DNA of 64,000 nucleotides from Gammaproteobacteria bacterium (GTDB lineage Bacteria; Pseudomonadota; Gammaproteobacteria; PS1; Pseudothioglobaceae): NCBI GenBank assembly GCA_030611725.1, contig JAUWPG010000001.1, positions 12,323 to 76,322 of the forward strand, read 5' to 3'. Shown piece by piece: positions 60,806 to 64,000 of this stretch (position 1 is its first letter; each line of letters starts with the position of its first letter). The notes under the pieces were generated by a model. It saw only the letters and a program-made list of their open reading frames with translations, ran no database searches and was not told where the DNA came from. The position numbers and the translations under genes were made by a program.

Positions 60806-61860
60806 TGCCGCTGATTGCCTATTCTAATCTGCCTTCATTTGCGCGTCTTCAAAAAGAAGGTGAAACCATCTTATCAAAAGGCCGTGCTGATCATCAAACC
60901 ATTCGTGAGCTTCACATTGGTCTTTTAAACATGATGCCAGATGCTGCGCTTGAGGCCACTGAAAGGCAGTTCTTTCGACTAATTGGCCACTCTAATCAAA
61001 TCGCACAATTCTATTTACATCCATTTACTTTGTCTTCCATTAAACGTGGCGACAAGGCTCAATCACACGTTGATCAATTTTATCAAAGTTTTGATGAAAT
61101 TAAAGTACAGGGGCTAGATGCGCTCATCATTACTGGCGCTCACATTGAAGATGCTGACCTACAAAAAGCACCTTTCTATGAACAGCTCAAAGAAGTGATT
61201 GAATGGTCTTACGACAATGTCACCTCAACCTTATGCTCGTGTTTAGCAACCCATGCTGTATTAGAATTTCACTATGGACAAAAACGCCAAGCGATTGGTA
61301 AAAAATGTTGGGGCGTTTTTCCACACGAAGTGCTGGATCGACAACACCCGCTTATGAGTGGCGTTAATACTTGTTTTGATGTGCCGCACTCTCGCTATAA
61401 CGAAATTTCAAAGGCGCAGTTCAACACAGCCGGTATTAAAACCTTGGTCGATAGCAAGGTTGGTGCGCACCTATGTGTAAGTGAAGACTTATTAAGAATT
61501 GTATTTTTCCAGGGTCATCCAGAATATGACACCATCAGCCTTTTAAAAGAATACAAGCGTGAAGTGGTTACGTTTTTAAATGGTACCAGAAAAAACTACC
61601 CTATCTTTCCAAGCAATTATCTAAACAAGCAAAACAAGGCTATTTTAAATGAGTTTAAAACTCGGTTGCTTACGGGTGAATTTTCAATCAACGACTTCCC
61701 TGAAGCGCTCATCAGTCAAACACTTGGTAATACCTGGCATGATGCAACCAGCGGCATCATCAACAACTGGATTGGCTGTGTTTATCAAGTCACTCACGAA
61801 GACATCAACAAGCCGTTTATGGATGGCATAAATCCGGACGACCCACTCAACTTAAAATAA
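60805..61860 (+). CDS. metA: Homoserine O-acyltransferase, MetA family
   Basis: 351 aa. Aligns along its length with E. coli MetA (LNMMP, ITGA, VTSTL..C, PHSRY, GHPEYD, NW...VYQ). Confidence 0.85.
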   Translation: MPLIAYSNLPSFARLQKEGETILSKGRADHQTIRELHIGLLNMMPDAALEATERQFFRLIGHSNQIAQFYLHPFTLSSIKRGDKAQSHVDQFYQSFDEIKVQGLDALIITGAHIEDADLQKAPFYEQLKEVIEWSYDNVTSTLCSCLATHAVLEFHYGQKRQAIGKKCWGVFPHEVLDRQHPLMSGVNTCFDVPHSRYNEISKAQFNTAGIKTLVDSKVGAHLCVSEDLLRIVFFQGHPEYDTISLLKEYKREVVTFLNGTRKNYPIFPSNYLNKQNKAILNEFKTRLLTGEFSINDFPEALISQTLGNTWHDATSGIINNWIGCVYQVTHEDINKPFMDGINPDDPLNLK

Positions 61861-62906
61861 TGAATTCAATTTCAAAACCACTATTGCAGTGGTTTGATCA
61901 ATTTGGTCGTCATTCGTTGCCTTGGCAAGCGACTTACAGCAGTCCTCGGGGAGGGCAAAGTAAGCCGGCTAATATTTACCACATTTGGCTTAGTGAAATT
62001 ATGTTGCAGCAAACGCAAGTCAGCACAGTCATTGATTATTTTAATAATTTTATACAGTATTTTCCAACCCTAAAATCGCTAGCCAAAGCCGAAGAAGATG
62101 CGGTTCTAGCGCAGTGGGCTGGACTGGGTTATTATGCAAGAGCCAGAAACTTACACAAAACTGCTCAGATTATTACTGAGAAACATCAAGGCAGATTTCC
62201 CAAAGAGTTTGAGCAAGTGCTCGATCTTCCTGGCATTGGTCGTTCAACAGCGGGAGCTATTTTAGCGCTTAGTTTTAATCAAAATCATGCTATTTTAGAT
62301 GGCAATGTTAAGCGCGTTTTAGCAAGAGTGCATCAAGTAAAAGGCCATTATTCTCAAGCGGAAACGCTCAACAAACTATGGCAATTGGCTGAGTTTCACA
62401 CGCCGAATAATCGCACTAATCACTACACCCAAGCGATTATGGATTTAGGCGCAACGCTTTGCAAGCGCTCCAAACCGGAGTGTGAAAGATGCCCAATTCA
62501 GCAAGGTTGCCAGGCTTACCAGAACAACACACAGGGGAAATACCCCAATCCCAAGCCTAAGAAAAATAAACCAACTAGATCAATCGCCATGCTGGTCTAT
62601 CGAAACACGTTGGGGGAAATTTATCTAGAAAAAAGACCAGAAAAAGGCATCTGGGGAAGTTTATGGAGCTTTAAAGAATGTACAGATGATCGTCAAACTA
62701 TCGAACAAGTTGTCAAAAAATTTAGCCCAGATACGCGCATAGAAAGATATTTAGCGCCGATCAAACATAGCTTTACGCATTATCACTTAAACATTCGACC
62801 AGTTCTGGTAACTTGCTCAACAAACGTCAAAAAATTTTACTCGATTGCTAACCTTAAAGTCGGGGTGCCAGCACCTGTTAAGAATATTATTGCACAATTA
62901 GACTAA
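61860..62906 (+). CDS. mutY: A/G-specific adenine DNA glycosylase
   Basis: 348 aa. WLSEIMLQQTQV, HhH-GPD PGIGRSTAGAI, 4Fe-4S cluster C..C..C..C, NUDIX-like C-terminal domain. Confidence 0.92.
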   Translation: MNSISKPLLQWFDQFGRHSLPWQATYSSPRGGQSKPANIYHIWLSEIMLQQTQVSTVIDYFNNFIQYFPTLKSLAKAEEDAVLAQWAGLGYYARARNLHKTAQIITEKHQGRFPKEFEQVLDLPGIGRSTAGAILALSFNQNHAILDGNVKRVLARVHQVKGHYSQAETLNKLWQLAEFHTPNNRTNHYTQAIMDLGATLCKRSKPECERCPIQQGCQAYQNNTQGKYPNPKPKKNKPTRSIAMLVYRNTLGEIYLEKRPEKGIWGSLWSFKECTDDRQTIEQVVKKFSPDTRIERYLAPIKHSFTHYHLNIRPVLVTCSTNVKKFYSIANLKVGVPAPVKNIIAQLD

Positions 62907-62916
62907 AATACAGTCT

Positions 62917-63831
62917 ATGCATTTAATTCGCGGCCTACACAATTTAAAAAAGCACGCTGGCTCTGTTGTTACTATTGGTAACTTTGATGGCGTCCATGTT
63001 GGCCATGAAAAAATCATTTCTCAATTGGTAAAAAAATCCAAAACATTAAACCTTCCCTCTGTTTTAATTTCTTTTTCACCAACACCTCAGACATTTTTTG
63101 GTCGCCAACAAGCCTCACTCACCAGCTTTAAAGAAAAACACCAACTATTGGCTGACTTAGGTGTGGACGAACACTTAATTATTAACTTTGATCAGGCCTT
63201 TTCTATGCTTGAGGCCAAAGACTTTATACAGCAGGTTTTGCTTGACAAGTTAAACATCAAACATTGCTTAATTGGTGATGATTTTTGTTTTGGTAGGGGT
63301 CGACAGGGTGATTTTAGCTTACTAAAAAAAATGTCAATTATTCATGGATTTCAGGCTGAAAATACCCAAAGCATTCTCTGTAATGGCCACCGTGTGAGCA
63401 GTTCAGAAATTCGAACCCTTTTAGGTCGTGGCGACATGGCTTTGACAGAACAAATGCTGGGACGTGCGTTTTCAATCTCGGGAAAAATTACTCACGGGCT
63501 AAAAAAAGGTCGTACGATTGGGTTTCCAACAATCAACCTTCCAATTAAGAAAAGAATTAGCCCAATACTTGGCGTATTTGTAGCCACTGTTGAAATTGAT
63601 GGCGATGTTTTTAAAGGGGTTTGCAATATTGGCACTCGGCCAACTATAAACAGCAAGGAAACCTTGTTAGAGGTGTTTTTATTTGACTTTAATCGCGATG
63701 TTTATGGACTTAAAGCCAAGGTCGTCTTTAAACATAAGATCAGAGATGTGAAGAAATTTGACAGCTTTGGGGCATTAAAACAACAAATTGAATCAGATGT
63801 TCAAAGTGCTAAGTCCCACTTTAGTCTTTAA
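62917..63831 (+). CDS. ribF: Bifunctional riboflavin kinase / FMN adenylyltransferase
   Basis: 304 aa. [29 protein letters not shown]. Confidence 0.93.
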   Translation: MHLIRGLHNLKKHAGSVVTIGNFDGVHVGHEKIISQLVKKSKTLNLPSVLISFSPTPQTFFGRQQASLTSFKEKHQLLADLGVDEHLIINFDQAFSMLEAKDFIQQVLLDKLNIKHCLIGDDFCFGRGRQGDFSLLKKMSIIHGFQAENTQSILCNGHRVSSSEIRTLLGRGDMALTEQMLGRAFSISGKITHGLKKGRTIGFPTINLPIKKRISPILGVFVATVEIDGDVFKGVCNIGTRPTINSKETLLEVFLFDFNRDVYGLKAKVVFKHKIRDVKKFDSFGALKQQIESDVQSAKSHFSL

Positions 63832-64000
63832 CTAAAAACTTCCAGCTCAGCATTTTTCCAGCCATAAATGGCACAACCACGGTGTCAGCAAATGGATAGC
63901 TATTCGGCACAATCCAATCTTGTTTTTTCAAAGTAATGGTTTCTGTGTTGTGTGGCAAACCATAAAAATCAGCACCAAAAATGGATGCAAACCCCTCAAG
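63821..64000 (-). CDS. pyrC: Dihydroorotase (homodimeric PyrC type), 3' end only
   Basis: Hand translation of the minus strand gives [59 protein letters not shown]. It aligns with the E. coli PyrC C-terminus (..FYGLP.N......VPF.AGE...W). Confidence 0.75.
   Translation of the reverse strand, partial: LEGFASIFGADFYGLPHNTETITLKKQDWIVPNSYPFADTVVVPFMAGKMLSWKFLVKD

Overview
This is a visibly AT-rich, very tightly packed gammaproteobacterial chromosome segment, and almost all of it is housekeeping. All identifications come from reading the ORF translations for conserved motifs and from synteny. No database search, HMM, tRNA scan, RNA folding or GC calculation was run.

Gene content from left to right:
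- znuC' and dapD.
- A translationally coupled minus-strand string: mnmG-rsmG-hyp-tatD-rluC-ubiA.
- A Calvin/glycolytic cluster: tkt-gap-DUF302-pgk-pyk-fba.
- tRNA-Met, coaE, and the rsmI/yraN/dolP-like group, then rnhB and purD.
- The classic metY(tRNA-fMet)-rimP-nusA-infB-rbfA-truB operon.
- gshB, crcB, rarA, apbE, an mltB-like gene, ruvX, pyrB and ygfB.
- A small accessory region at tRNA-Phe (about 34.76-38.1 kb).
- trxB, ftsK, lolA and tRNA-Thr.
- A complete caa3-type cytochrome c oxidase structural and assembly cluster: coxB-coxA-small ORF-ctaG-coxC-DUF2909-SURF1, then ctaA-SCO1, DUF2970, ctaB and a SCO-like gene.
- hisF, uppS-cdsA-dxr, an M23 peptidase and purC.
- A coupled string: DUF2797-FKBP-aminotransferase-P-loop ATPase-metA-mutY-ribF.
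- The 3' end of pyrC.

The gene content and compaction suggest a streamlined sulfur-oxidiser or symbiont-like gammaproteobacterium. That is inference only.

The only clearly non-core DNA is the tRNA-Phe locus:
- A perfect 70-bp direct repeat containing the 3' 63 nt of tRNA-Phe brackets a 1.95-kb decayed island.
- The island holds a frameshifted, truncated integrase relic, a phage-type 2OG-Fe(II) oxygenase and a secreted basic Cys-containing tandem-repeat protein.
- To its left lie a second degenerate tRNA-Phe scar, unannotated or short secreted and membrane peptide ORFs, a recurring 'TATCT..GGGGGA..ATG' leader motif and a (GAAAGA)8 polypurine microsatellite.
- The oxygenase plus secreted-repeat-protein pair is the best candidate for something undescribed. 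The functional link between them is speculative.
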